The translations under genes and the position numbers were made by a program. DNA of 64,000 bases from a virus. The first letter of the stretch is position 1. Every line of letters starts with the position of its first letter. The notes beneath the pieces were generated by a model that saw only the letters and a list, made by a program, of their open reading frames with translations, searched no databases and was not told the origin of the DNA. Positions 29,104-38,564 of this stretch are shown one piece after another. Location: positions 32,001 through 96,000 of the IMG/VR virus record IMGVR_UViG_3300045988_147927, one strand, 5' to 3'.

Positions 29104-31560
29104 ATGTATAAAATTCCCTATAGGATGGTGGAGATACTAACAGATAGTGGGGAAAGACTAACCTTAGAGGATATTTTAAAGTCTTTATCCGAAGTACCTA
29201 TAAATTTGTTTGTAGGTAATAATGACTATACTAAAGAAAAGATAAATGATGTGATATCATATCTAAAGACTCATGGTGGTGGTAGGTTTGTCATACCTGA
29301 GAATGGGAATATACATAAACTCGTTGTAGATGTTTGTAGAAATAAGTTTCAAGATTACGTAGTACATTTTTATTATTTTGATTACAGGTACCCTATTGGA
29401 AATGAAAAGAGACCTTATACTGGTGAGCCATGGCAAGCTGGTGATATCATTTATAATTTAGATATTCTAAACTCAGATGATAAATGTACAATGTGGTTTT
29501 GTAAGCAGAGTGGTACAGATACAAATAGTGGAGTGTGGGCACAACAGTCTATATGGCAATTAGCCTCATCTGAGATAGATGCTTTAGTTGTTTCTCATGT
29601 AGGTTCTTCTATAGGGCCACTTGTTCAAAAAGAGGTTGGTTTACAGGGGCCTGCTATGATGTCTAGTGAGGTAACTCGTCAACTTGATGCAAGGGTACCA
29701 GATAAAGTTACTGAAGAGGTTACAAATCAGCTAACAAATACGTTACCTAATATGTTAGGTACAATGGTTAGTGATAAACTGCCTAAAGAAGTGTCTAAAA
29801 GGGTTGATAGTGTAGTTACACCTATTATTAATAATAGACTTAATACAGCTTTATCTGATACCGCTATTGCTCAGATGATAGATGCTAAGGTAGACCCTAA
29901 GGTCTTAGATATTACTAATAATGCTAAGAATACTGTTGATACAAAGATACATGAAGCTACATCAACATTAGATAATACTGTTAATAATTATATTGATGAA
30001 GCTAAGAGGAAGTTAAGTACTATTACAACTGTTACCGCTAAAGATGTTGATGATAAGATTGAGGCATCTAAGAGGGAAGTAAACACTAAGATAGATGATA
30101 TATTAAATACTAGGTTAGCTAATCTAAGGACTGGACATAGTGATATTGTTTCTACTGAGGAATTTAAGCTCGTTGCTGATGGTGTTACAGATGATACAGT
30201 TAAGTTTGAGCAGTGTGTGGCAAGTGCTAATGGTAAAATATTAATTATTAGTCCTGGTGTCTATAAGTTGACTAAGAATATTTTTATTGATAAATGTAAA
30301 GAAGTCATTAATTTAGGTTCTTTTTCATCTAAAGTACCATTTATAAAAAATAATGATGTATTCATATCAAGTCCGTCTAATATAGAGTTTGTCACTGATT
30401 TGACATTAGATACAAATAAAGTTAATCAATGTCAGGGTTTTGCTTATAATCAAAATAACAATGAATTTGTAGTAGCTACTATAAACTCAGATAATACAAA
30501 TCAGATTCTTTATATTCTTGATGGTGATGATTTAACATCTGTTAAGCGCAAGGTAGAATTTAGTGATGTAGTATCGTTGGGGCATTGTAACACAATGACA
30601 TATAATAAGGATTTAAGTACTCTATTTATATGTAATGGTGATACTAATTCTGTAGCTGAGAGGGTTGCTAAGTTAAATGATTCATATACATTGATATCAA
30701 TGTATAGTGAGTCTAATGCTGTTAGGAAATTTAATTTTGCCTATGATAGTGTTACTAAATGTTATTGTTCTATTATGCCTGGTGATAGAAGTACTGGTTT
30801 ACGTCATGTATATATATTGAATAGTGATTTTGAGAAAATTAGAGAGTTTGATGTTGACTTTTTAACCAAGGACTTTAATAATAATGGTGCTTTATTTCAT
30901 AATGGGTTGATTATGTGTGCTAGTTTGACATCGTTGATACAGTTTGATGTGTTTGGCAATGTTAGAAATGTGGTAGACATTGACAGTTCTTATGAAATAG
31001 AGGATTTTGATATAAAGGGTAACTGTGTGTATTTTTCTGTTTTGGAAGGTCATAACGTAAAAATATTCAAGGGTACTTATAATAAATTTAATGATGTTCA
31101 TATTAATAATATGAAGATAAATAGACTTGTATTAGGTAATAATATTCCTTTAAGAGGTCTATCACCAGACAATAAGGAGATAAGTTTAGCTAAAGTTGGT
31201 AAACAAGGTGGTATCGAGATTGGTGATAAGACAGTCAATACGATAATAGTAGGTAAAGATGTAAGGATGTGGGATGGTGGAGATGCCTCATACACATTGT
31301 TATCGACTAAGCATTATGGTAATGCAATATATTCAAAGAAACAAGTAGATGATAATTTTGTTTCTAAGGCACAACTCGTTAAATTATCAATCGATGTAAA
31401 ACCTGATTTTATAGGTCAATTAGCTGTAGTAGGTGATAAGACATACATAGCAATTAGTACAACTGGTACAGATGGTTGGAAAGCTATGGGTGGTGGCAGT
31501 AATGTTGCTACATTAGATAAGATTAGGTTTACAAATGGTGCAGAGTTGTGGATTGAATAA
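29104..31560 (+). CDS. Tail fibre/spike protein with a pectate-lyase-type N-cap motif and a shared C-terminal module
   Basis: ADGVTDDTVKFEQCVASANGKILIISPGVYKL fits the pectate-lyase-type motif. The last ~115 aa are nearly identical to the end of 33112-33837. Confidence 0.55.
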   Translation: MYKIPYRMVEILTDSGERLTLEDILKSLSEVPINLFVGNNDYTKEKINDVISYLKTHGGGRFVIPENGNIHKLVVDVCRNKFQDYVVHFYYFDYRYPIGNEKRPYTGEPWQAGDIIYNLDILNSDDKCTMWFCKQSGTDTNSGVWAQQSIWQLASSEIDALVVSHVGSSIGPLVQKEVGLQGPAMMSSEVTRQLDARVPDKVTEEVTNQLTNTLPNMLGTMVSDKLPKEVSKRVDSVVTPIINNRLNTALSDTAIAQMIDAKVDPKVLDITNNAKNTVDTKIHEATSTLDNTVNNYIDEAKRKLSTITTVTAKDVDDKIEASKREVNTKIDDILNTRLANLRTGHSDIVSTEEFKLVADGVTDDTVKFEQCVASANGKILIISPGVYKLTKNIFIDKCKEVINLGSFSSKVPFIKNNDVFISSPSNIEFVTDLTLDTNKVNQCQGFAYNQNNNEFVVATINSDNTNQILYILDGDDLTSVKRKVEFSDVVSLGHCNTMTYNKDLSTLFICNGDTNSVAERVAKLNDSYTLISMYSESNAVRKFNFAYDSVTKCYCSIMPGDRSTGLRHVYILNSDFEKIREFDVDFLTKDFNNNGALFHNGLIMCASLTSLIQFDVFGNVRNVVDIDSSYEIEDFDIKGNCVYFSVLEGHNVKIFKGTYNKFNDVHINNMKINRLVLGNNIPLRGLSPDNKEISLAKVGKQGGIEIGDKTVNTIIVGKDVRMWDGGDASYTLLSTKHYGNAIYSKKQVDDNFVSKAQLVKLSIDVKPDFIGQLAVVGDKTYIAISTTGTDGWKAMGGGSNVATLDKIRFTNGAELWIE
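31216..31560 (+). repeat. 345-bp repeat, copy 1 (fibre C-terminal module)
   Basis: Near-identical to 33493-33837 with the same length. Similarity continues patchily about 40 nt past the stop codons. Confidence 0.85.
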
Positions 31561-31625
31561 TCATTATTGGTATAAGTATAGTTATATATAGGTAGTGTTA
31601 CATATAGAAGTAGGGGGTAGTGTCA

Positions 31626-31955
31626 ATGAAAAGAAATACATTCATTAGAGGTACTACCCCTACTCTTGAAGTTAGTATGAGTAGGGGTATTAATGTTGAG
31701 AATATAGATAGTATGATAGTCTACTTCTCGCAGGGTATCACCGTACTAAAGAAAAAACTTGAAGATGTTAAAATTAATAAGACTACTAATAAGGTATATG
31801 TACCTTTAACAGAGTTAGAGACATATGTATTTAGTCCTAGTGTTGTTAATTTGCAGATTCGATATAAGTTGGTTAATGATACAAACATTTATAGCACACA
31901 AATTTATCCTTTTAGGGTATTATCACAGATTTGTAATGAGGTGTATGATGAATGA
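31626..31955 (+). CDS. Hypothetical structural protein
   Basis: RBS AGGGGG upstream. Overlaps the next gene. Confidence 0.6.
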   Translation: MKRNTFIRGTTPTLEVSMSRGINVENIDSMIVYFSQGITVLKKKLEDVKINKTTNKVYVPLTELETYVFSPSVVNLQIRYKLVNDTNIYSTQIYPFRVLSQICNEVYDE

Positions 31956-32265
31956 GGGAATAATAAAGTCAAATGGAACTTTTAACAGAATAAGTATCAA
32001 TTCTAATTATGTGAATATCAATACATCATCTGTTGGTAATACTGTTAATGGTGCTTTTGAGACTTCAAGTAGGGTAAAGGTTACAAAAGATGAAGTTATG
32101 GATATGCTAAAAGAGAAACAAGACAAATTAGTAGCTGGTAGTGGTATTAAGTTAGATGAGACTACTAATGAGATATCCGTATCTACTGATAAAATCGTTG
32201 TTCAAGAGGGTGAAAATGTTGCTGATTTGACAGCATTGTATTTATTAGCAAAGGGTGAGAATTAA
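31945..32265 (+). CDS. Hypothetical fibre-associated protein
   Basis: ATG 31945/31948 lies after GAGGTG. LVAGSGIKLDE is a fibre-repeat motif. The listed ORF start at 31825 overlaps the previous gene and is unlikely. Confidence 0.55.
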   Translation: MMNEGIIKSNGTFNRISINSNYVNINTSSVGNTVNGAFETSSRVKVTKDEVMDMLKEKQDKLVAGSGIKLDETTNEISVSTDKIVVQEGENVADLTALYLLAKGEN

Positions 32266-33098
32266 TGGCAGATTTAAAAGATAATTTACAGGGTTTAGCT
32301 ACACAGTTAGGTACTGATGTTAAAGGTATCAAAGCATCTATAAAATCTACTGATGATAAAGTAGGTGTGTTAAGTAATTTATCCACAACTAATCAAGTAA
32401 CAATCGTAGATGCCATAAATGAAGTTAAGGCAAATATTGTTACTGCACAAGGTGGTGCTGTTACTGAGCAGGCAGTTGATACAAAATTACAAGCTAAACA
32501 AGATAAACTAACTCCTGAAGGCAAACTTTCTATTGTTAAAGAGGGAAGTCAAACTAAGATTAAGGTTGATTTATCTGATTATGTTAATAATAGTGCTTTA
32601 ACTACAAAATTAGGGGATTATGCTACTAACACAGATTTAAATACTACATTAGGTAGTTATGCTAAAACTACAGAGTTAAATACTAAATTAAATGATTATA
32701 CAACAACAGCATCATTAAATACTCGTTTAGATTCTAAACAAGATAAATTGACAGCTGGTAGTGGTATCACAATAGATAGTAGTGGTACTATTAAAGCTAG
32801 TGTTGATTTAAGTACTATGGCAACTAAACAAGAATTAACTGATAAAATTCAAGAAGCTGTTACCAATTTAGTAAATGGTGCTGAAGCTACGATGGATACT
32901 TTTAAAGAAGTTCAAGATGCATTGAGTAGTGATAAAACAGTTACTACTGCTTTAACTTCATCTGTTGCTAATAAGGTAGATTATAGTCAAGCACAGTCTT
33001 TATCAACAGCACAAAAACAACAGGCTTGTGCTAATTTAGGTATAGGAGACCCAACTGTAGATTTATTAAGTGTATATACAACTGCAAGAGATGCATAG
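32265..33098 (+). CDS. Tail fibre protein
   Basis: Contains repeated T.LN..L units and LTAGSGITIDSSG. The N-terminal motif LATQLGTDVKGIK is shared with 33112-33837. Confidence 0.6.
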   Translation: MADLKDNLQGLATQLGTDVKGIKASIKSTDDKVGVLSNLSTTNQVTIVDAINEVKANIVTAQGGAVTEQAVDTKLQAKQDKLTPEGKLSIVKEGSQTKIKVDLSDYVNNSALTTKLGDYATNTDLNTTLGSYAKTTELNTKLNDYTTTASLNTRLDSKQDKLTAGSGITIDSSGTIKASVDLSTMATKQELTDKIQEAVTNLVNGAEATMDTFKEVQDALSSDKTVTTALTSSVANKVDYSQAQSLSTAQKQQACANLGIGDPTVDLLSVYTTARDA

Positions 33099-33111
33099 TA
33101 GGTGATGTTAG

Positions 33112-33837
33112 ATGGGTACTAATATTGATTTAGTTAAGGGTATTAATGACTTAGCTACGCAGTTAGGTACTGATATTAAAGGTATTAATGATAATATAGG
33201 TAATATAGTAAAGGTATCTAAGAGTGAGCCTAATGAAGAAAAAAAACCCTTGTTGTGGGTTCAGCCTGTAGATGGGAATAATACACCTATAATTAGTATC
33301 TCATATGATATCATTACTCATGAGCTTGTACTAGGTCATATGGATAATAGTGAGAGTCGAGTTGACTTATCCACTATAAAGTCTTTTGATGCTAATAGTA
33401 TTGTTATTGATAACAATAAGCCTATAAAAGGTAAGTTGAATGATACTAATAAGACAGAAGTTCAGCTTATCAAAACTTCATCTGATGTGGTGGAGATTGG
33501 TGATAAGACAGTCAATACGATAATAGTGGGTAAGGATGTAAAGACATGGGATGGTGGAGATGCATCATACACATTGTTATCGACTAAGCATTATGGAAAT
33601 GCAATATATTCAAAAAAACAGTCTGATGATACTTTTATAAGGAAAGATGAATTGGTTAAGTTATCAATCGATGTAAAACCTGATTTTGTAGGTCAATTAG
33701 CTGTAGTAGGAGATAAGACATACATAGCAATTAATACTACAGGTACAGATGGTTGGAAAGCTATGGGTGGTGGCAGTAATGTTGCTACATTAGATAAGAT
33801 TAGGTTTACAAATGGTGCAGAGTTGTGGATTGAATAG
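33112..33837 (+). CDS. Tail fibre protein carrying the shared C-terminal module
   Basis: N-terminal motif LATQLGTDIKGIN. The C-terminal 115 aa are a near-duplicate of the 29104-31560 C-terminus. Confidence 0.6.
   Translation: MGTNIDLVKGINDLATQLGTDIKGINDNIGNIVKVSKSEPNEEKKPLLWVQPVDGNNTPIISISYDIITHELVLGHMDNSESRVDLSTIKSFDANSIVIDNNKPIKGKLNDTNKTEVQLIKTSSDVVEIGDKTVNTIIVGKDVKTWDGGDASYTLLSTKHYGNAIYSKKQSDDTFIRKDELVKLSIDVKPDFVGQLAVVGDKTYIAINTTGTDGWKAMGGGSNVATLDKIRFTNGAELWIE
33493..33837 (+). repeat. 345-bp repeat, copy 2 (fibre C-terminal module)
   Basis: Near-identical to 31216-31560. Confidence 0.85.
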
Positions 33838-33929
33838 TCGTTATATATAGGTGGTGTTATATAGGGTAGGGATAGTGTTAATGAGATACAATCATTAACA
33901 CTATACTACTATTGAGATTAGGTGATATT

Positions 33930-34124
33930 ATGTTTGGTAAATTGTATGTACTTGATAATGATGGTACATATAGGTTGGTAAATTGTATAAACATTAATAT
34001 AACTGAAGATAATAGTTATTTAGATAAATTATTAAGTAGGTTACAGTCTATCAATGGGAGTAATTCTAGTAACATACTTGGTACTGATAGAAGTATTAGA
34101 GATAGTGGTATTAGTAAAGATTAG
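33930..34124 (+). CDS. Small hypothetical protein
   Basis: RBS AGGTGA before ATG 33930. Confidence 0.5.
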   Translation: MFGKLYVLDNDGTYRLVNCININITEDNSYLDKLLSRLQSINGSNSSNILGTDRSIRDSGISKD

Positions 34125-34195
34125 TTTTTACTAAGTGTACTATATAGATTTAAGAGTTTGAATGGTAGTTCCTTGTATGTTTGTGGGGTTTTAGT

Positions 34196-35269
34196 ATGTC
34201 TGTACAAAATAAAATTGATAGTGAGTTAAATCATTTAGTTGATACTATTAGTAAGATTGCTTTATCTATTGAGAGAAAAGGTGTTCATAGTAGTGGTGAG
34301 TTATCAAAATACGCTGACGAGATTGATTCAATCGTTGTAAATAATACTGTTGTTAATGATGATACTAAGAAATTAGACGCTGACTATTTAAAGAAAGTAG
34401 GGTTACTACCTTATAGTTTTAGTGGAACTCCTACTGAGAGAGATTTAATTGTTAATAAATTCATAATCCAAGACCCTAAATCTAATGTAAAATTTTATAC
34501 CTCTAGTACATTGACTGATATTTCAATAGAACTTAATGGGAATAAAGTTACTGACTATCAACTAATTAGGTCAACATCCTCCGAAAATAGACCAGCTATT
34601 GATAGAAATAAATACTGCATTACCAATGAAGGTTATTATATTAATGAGTTTAGTTTTAATGAAGAAGGTACATATAAGGTATCTTTTAATTCTGATAATA
34701 TAACCTTTAAAGAAAGTATAAGCTATGACCCTAATAATATAAGTTCTATGGACGATTTCCTAATTTATGGGGTTAATCTTAAATCACATAAACATATATG
34801 TTATGATTCTAAAAAAGTAGAATCCTTAAATGGTATCAGAAGTCAAAATTTAGATTATGCAACCAATAACCTAGTTAATTCCATAGAAAGAAACTTAAAT
34901 GCTATGGGTGGTGCAACTGAAGTATTTGGATATGTGTATAATCTAAGAACAGGTAAAGCTGATTTAGTAGATGTAATATGGAGTTCTCCTGATTATGGTA
35001 AGATTTCTAGTGATTTTCATAGAACCTTATCAACAGTAATTTATAACAATAAAGTTGATGTATTAACAAACTCATATTCTTTTCCTTTGTTAGTTCATGG
35101 CAAAAGTGCTGAATCTTTTATTAATGATATTGACTATAAAGAGGGAGATACTTTAGTTTTCGCATTTTATAAATTTAGAAATGACAATAGGTCACACAAA
35201 TATTCTGTAAAAGCAGTTGCTAATTATTTAGGTTCATTAGTTAGTGCTATTAGCTCTGAGGCTGTTTAA
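34196..35269 (+). CDS. Hypothetical protein (fibre module)
   Basis: ATG 34196 after GGGG. Confidence 0.6.
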   Translation: MSVQNKIDSELNHLVDTISKIALSIERKGVHSSGELSKYADEIDSIVVNNTVVNDDTKKLDADYLKKVGLLPYSFSGTPTERDLIVNKFIIQDPKSNVKFYTSSTLTDISIELNGNKVTDYQLIRSTSSENRPAIDRNKYCITNEGYYINEFSFNEEGTYKVSFNSDNITFKESISYDPNNISSMDDFLIYGVNLKSHKHICYDSKKVESLNGIRSQNLDYATNNLVNSIERNLNAMGGATEVFGYVYNLRTGKADLVDVIWSSPDYGKISSDFHRTLSTVIYNNKVDVLTNSYSFPLLVHGKSAESFINDIDYKEGDTLVFAFYKFRNDNRSHKYSVKAVANYLGSLVSAISSEAV

Positions 35270-35376
35270 TATAATTAGTTTGTAGATAATTAAAAGATAG
35301 ATTTTTGGTAGTAGATAATATTTAAGCATACATAAGATATTTATAGTATTTTTATTTGATATGGGGTGTATACAGT

Positions 35377-35787
35377 ATGGACATAAAGAGTCTAAAGAAT
35401 GTTGCACCTATATTTCAAACACTATTAAATAATGCTAAAAGTGGTATACCTAAGAAGATTCAGGTTTTCATAGGTATACTTGCTTTTATATGGTTGTTTC
35501 CTATTATATTAGATATATTGTTTGTTATTTTAGGTGTGTTTTTCGATTACAAATCAGAGTTGATTTTAAAATTTCTACCTAGGGTAGAACAGTTAATAAG
35601 CATACTAACAGGAGTGTCAGCAGTTGCCTGTCTTATGGCAATAATAGGGTTATTTACTGATTCTGATGGTGATGGGATACCTGATTCTGTTGACAAAGAT
35701 AATCATACACCAGTTACTAATAATACATTTCAAGTTAATGTTGGTAGTGGAGATAAAACTCCTAAGCTACCGAATAGGATTGATTAG
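35377..35787 (+). CDS. Holin-like membrane protein
   Basis: Has two to three hydrophobic segments (VFIGILAFIWLFPIILDILFVILGVFF; VSAVACLMAIIGLF). Lies directly upstream of the lysin candidate. Confidence 0.45.
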   Translation: MDIKSLKNVAPIFQTLLNNAKSGIPKKIQVFIGILAFIWLFPIILDILFVILGVFFDYKSELILKFLPRVEQLISILTGVSAVACLMAIIGLFTDSDGDGIPDSVDKDNHTPVTNNTFQVNVGSGDKTPKLPNRID

Positions 35788-35848
35788 TTAGGTTTTTGTT
35801 AAAAGTAGTGTTGGTGTTATGTTTAATTATAGTAGGGGGAATTGTCTA

Positions 35849-36490
35849 ATGTTAGGTGAGTTGAGCAAAGAATATGAGTCCAATGGAGACATTGGTGCAA
35901 TTTCTAGTGGTTATATGGATGCTGGTGGTAAGTCTTATGGGATGTACCAGTTGGCTAGTAATGTAGGCTCTGTAGATGAGTTTATACAATGGGGTTTAAA
36001 CTCTGATTACTCTTGGATAGCAGAAGAACTTAATAAGTATGAAGTAGGTTCAGGTGAGTTTGATAATGCTTGGAGATATTTCGCTAATAATGATTATGAT
36101 AACTTCTTTAATATGCAACAAAGTTATATGGAGTATCGTTATTACGATGTGTCTGTAGAGTTGTTGAGGGAACATTTATTTAATATCGAAAATCATAGTA
36201 GTACAATGAAAGAGGTTATCTTTTCTAGAGCTGTTCAGTATGGTACAGGCAATATAGTAGAAATGTTTGAGGATGCTCTTGTTATCATGGGTGAGAAATT
36301 AAACCTAGATTTACAAAATTTATCTTATGTGGATGAGAAGAGGTTTGATTATGATTTAATCACATCTATCTATGATGTGTGTATGACTGAGGAGTGGAAT
36401 AATTCATCATTGAGGGATAATCTTAATGAGAGGTTTAGAGAAGAAAAAGCTAAAGCTATTCAAATGTTATCAGAAGAATTAGGAATTTAG
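35849..36490 (+). CDS. Putative endolysin (lysozyme-like; motif as in the VgrG3-type muramidase domain)
   Basis: Motif LSKEYESNGDIGAISSGYMDAGGKSYGMYQL. The strong RBS AGGGGGA precedes ATG 35849. An alternative start is ATG 35819. Confidence 0.45.
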   Translation: MLGELSKEYESNGDIGAISSGYMDAGGKSYGMYQLASNVGSVDEFIQWGLNSDYSWIAEELNKYEVGSGEFDNAWRYFANNDYDNFFNMQQSYMEYRYYDVSVELLREHLFNIENHSSTMKEVIFSRAVQYGTGNIVEMFEDALVIMGEKLNLDLQNLSYVDEKRFDYDLITSIYDVCMTEEWNNSSLRDNLNERFREEKAKAIQMLSEELGI

Positions 36491-36500
36491 GGGTGATTTT

Positions 36501-36734
36501 ATGGGTTTAATTGATAAAATCATAGAGTTCTTTCAAGTGTTATTCTGTAATAAAAAATTAGATTCTATTCAAAAAAATGTTGATAGTTCTATTAAAGAGG
36601 TTGATGATTCTGTTAAAGAAGTAGTAGATAATACTTCTAATATTGTCAATGATAAAATATGTGATGTTGACAATAATGTAAAAGATATTGTCGAAGAGTC
36701 TAAAAAGTTAGGTATTAACATTCGTAAGAAATAG
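36501..36734 (+). CDS. Small hypothetical protein
   Basis: RBS GGGGTGA before ATG 36501. Confidence 0.55.
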   Translation: MGLIDKIIEFFQVLFCNKKLDSIQKNVDSSIKEVDDSVKEVVDNTSNIVNDKICDVDNNVKDIVEESKKLGINIRKK

Positions 36735-36742
36735 TATTATAA

Positions 36743-36779
36743 TAGAGTATGCAATTTATTGCATACTCTATTTTATTTT
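36743..36779 (+). terminator. Rho-independent terminator ending the late operon
   Basis: TAGAGTATGCAA-TTTA-TTGCATACTCTA followed by TTTTATTTT. Confidence 0.8.
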
Positions 36780-36790
36780 GGGAGGGTGTC

Positions 36791-37393
36791 ATGGGTTTAT
36801 TTGATTCAGATGGTTTTGGTAATAGTAAAAGTGTTAAAAACAAAAACACTTTTACCATGAGTGGTGTAGATTTAAAATCTAATAATATCAATCAAAATGT
36901 TAAAAGTAATAGTGATTTTGATAAAACACTTGTCGGGAAGATAAATCCACTTGTTAAGTTAGATGTTATAAATGATAACTATAGCTTAGAAAAGATGTTA
37001 AGAAATTATGGTTGTTATATAGATGGTTCTACAATGTATTGTCCTTTTCATGACGACGATGTAACAGGTAAGCCTTCTGCTAAATTTCATCATGATACAG
37101 ATACATTATATTGTTTCTCTGAGAATAAAGTGTACACAGCTTATCATGCCTTGAAGATATTATATGGGCAGAATGTCAATACTATCTTTAATAGGATATG
37201 GAAAACCATAACAAAGGAAGAGAGACTATACTATATTGGAAAATATGATGAGGGTAATAGTGCAGTAGTTGTTTCAGATTCAGACTGGGAATATTATGAT
37301 AAGAATATTTTAAGTAGGTTTAAGAATGGGAGTGTTTCTTTTATTCAATATAAAAATGCTTTATATCATGTGCTAGAGAAGATACAAGAATAG
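36791..37393 (+). CDS. CHC2 (DnaG-type) zinc-finger-like protein
   Basis: Motif YCPFHDDDVTGKPSAKFHHDTDTLYCFS. RBS GGGAGGG before ATG 36791. The listed start at 36749 lies inside the terminator. Confidence 0.5.
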   Translation: MGLFDSDGFGNSKSVKNKNTFTMSGVDLKSNNINQNVKSNSDFDKTLVGKINPLVKLDVINDNYSLEKMLRNYGCYIDGSTMYCPFHDDDVTGKPSAKFHHDTDTLYCFSENKVYTAYHALKILYGQNVNTIFNRIWKTITKEERLYYIGKYDEGNSAVVVSDSDWEYYDKNILSRFKNGSVSFIQYKNALYHVLEKIQE

Positions 37394-37420
37394 TTTTTAC
37401 TTAATTTTAAGTAAAAACAG

Positions 37421-37449
37421 TTGTAAAATTAAGTAAATTTAATTATAAT
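37421..37449 (+). promoter_or_regulatory. Sigma-70-type promoter candidate
   Basis: TTGTAA-N17-TATAAT. Confidence 0.45.
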
Positions 37450-37487
37450 AGGTATTGTAATATGTTTAAGTTACAATACCTATTTTT
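37450..37487 (+). terminator. Hairpin plus T-run (terminator or attenuator)
   Basis: AGGTATTGTAA / TTACAATACCT followed by ATTTTT. It lies immediately after the -10 box. Confidence 0.5.
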
Positions 37488-37509
37488 ATGTTGAAAGGAA
37501 GTTATATTT

Positions 37510-37692
37510 ATGGCAAATATCACAGCAATACGATTACCTAATGGTAAAATTAAGATTACAAAATCAGATATTCCTAATAGTATTAATGAGGAGTTTAATA
37601 GTGCTGAGGAATTTTATTCTAAGTACCAAGTAGTTAATGAATCAACAGGTGTTGTTAATAATTGCATCCTATTAGAGTCTATTAATGGCTAA
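37510..37692 (+). CDS. Small hypothetical protein
   Basis: RBS AAAGGAAG before ATG 37510. Confidence 0.6.
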   Translation: MANITAIRLPNGKIKITKSDIPNSINEEFNSAEEFYSKYQVVNESTGVVNNCILLESING

Positions 37693-38152
37693 CAAGATTA
37701 AGAGGTTAGGTAGTGGGTTGGCTATCATTCCCATATCCACCAGAGGGACAAGTAATAGAGATAGAACTGTTGTTGAGTGTATAGAGACAAGTCTAGAGTC
37801 AAATTACTTAAAAATCTTGATAGAATATTCTTTATCAAAGAGTATGGATGTAGTGTATTTAACTGGAAATGGAATATTATACCAAGATGATATAATTAAA
37901 AAGGATGATTTTACACTAAGAGAGGCAAAAGTTAACAGTGATTGGTGCTATATTGTTTCTGAGGAAGTGTATAGATTATGTCTAAAGTTAGATACTAATT
38001 ATGTTATGTTTTTAACAAGAAGTGAGTCAATGTATAAGTTGACTAAGGTATTGAGAAGTCGAGGTATTTTAGTAGATTTACCTATTATGGGGATTCGTGA
38101 TAATGTTAAAGCTATTAAGATGCTATTCTCATGTGGTAAAAGTTTAACATAG
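37685..38152 (+). CDS. Hypothetical protein
   Basis: ORF coupled to the previous gene by overlap. Confidence 0.6.
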   Translation: MANKIKRLGSGLAIIPISTRGTSNRDRTVVECIETSLESNYLKILIEYSLSKSMDVVYLTGNGILYQDDIIKKDDFTLREAKVNSDWCYIVSEEVYRLCLKLDTNYVMFLTRSESMYKLTKVLRSRGILVDLPIMGIRDNVKAIKMLFSCGKSLT

Positions 38153-38159
38153 GTTTATT

Positions 38160-38561
38160 ATGGATAATATCGTACCTGAATTAAAAGATATAAGAGATGA
38201 TATTACTGAATATACTTTTACAACAAAGTTAGTTGGTAGTACATTTCAATTAATGGGACAACCTGTTTTGCAAACAATCATTGATAATCATATGGGGCAT
38301 CTTGTCAATTTACGATTTGAGTGTGAGCCTACAAATGCTTATGATAGTAATGCCGTTAAGGTTATGTTGTCTGTAGAGGGTTATAAAGGTGAGTATTTTG
38401 TAGGGTATGTACCTATGGATATTAGTGAGGTTGTTTGTTATTTGTTACATAGGGAAGATTTAAAAGTAAGAATATATGATGCTTTTTTGTATGGTGGTAC
38501 AAATGGGTATTATGTAGGAATGGTTTACAAGTTTAGATTTACTAAGAAGGACAATAACTGA
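38160..38561 (+). CDS. HIRAN-domain protein
   Basis: TKLVGSTFQ...LRFECEPTNAYDSNAVKVML...VGYVP fits the HIRAN pattern. Confidence 0.5.
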   Translation: MDNIVPELKDIRDDITEYTFTTKLVGSTFQLMGQPVLQTIIDNHMGHLVNLRFECEPTNAYDSNAVKVMLSVEGYKGEYFVGYVPMDISEVVCYLLHREDLKVRIYDAFLYGGTNGYYVGMVYKFRFTKKDNN

Positions 38562-38564
38562 TTT

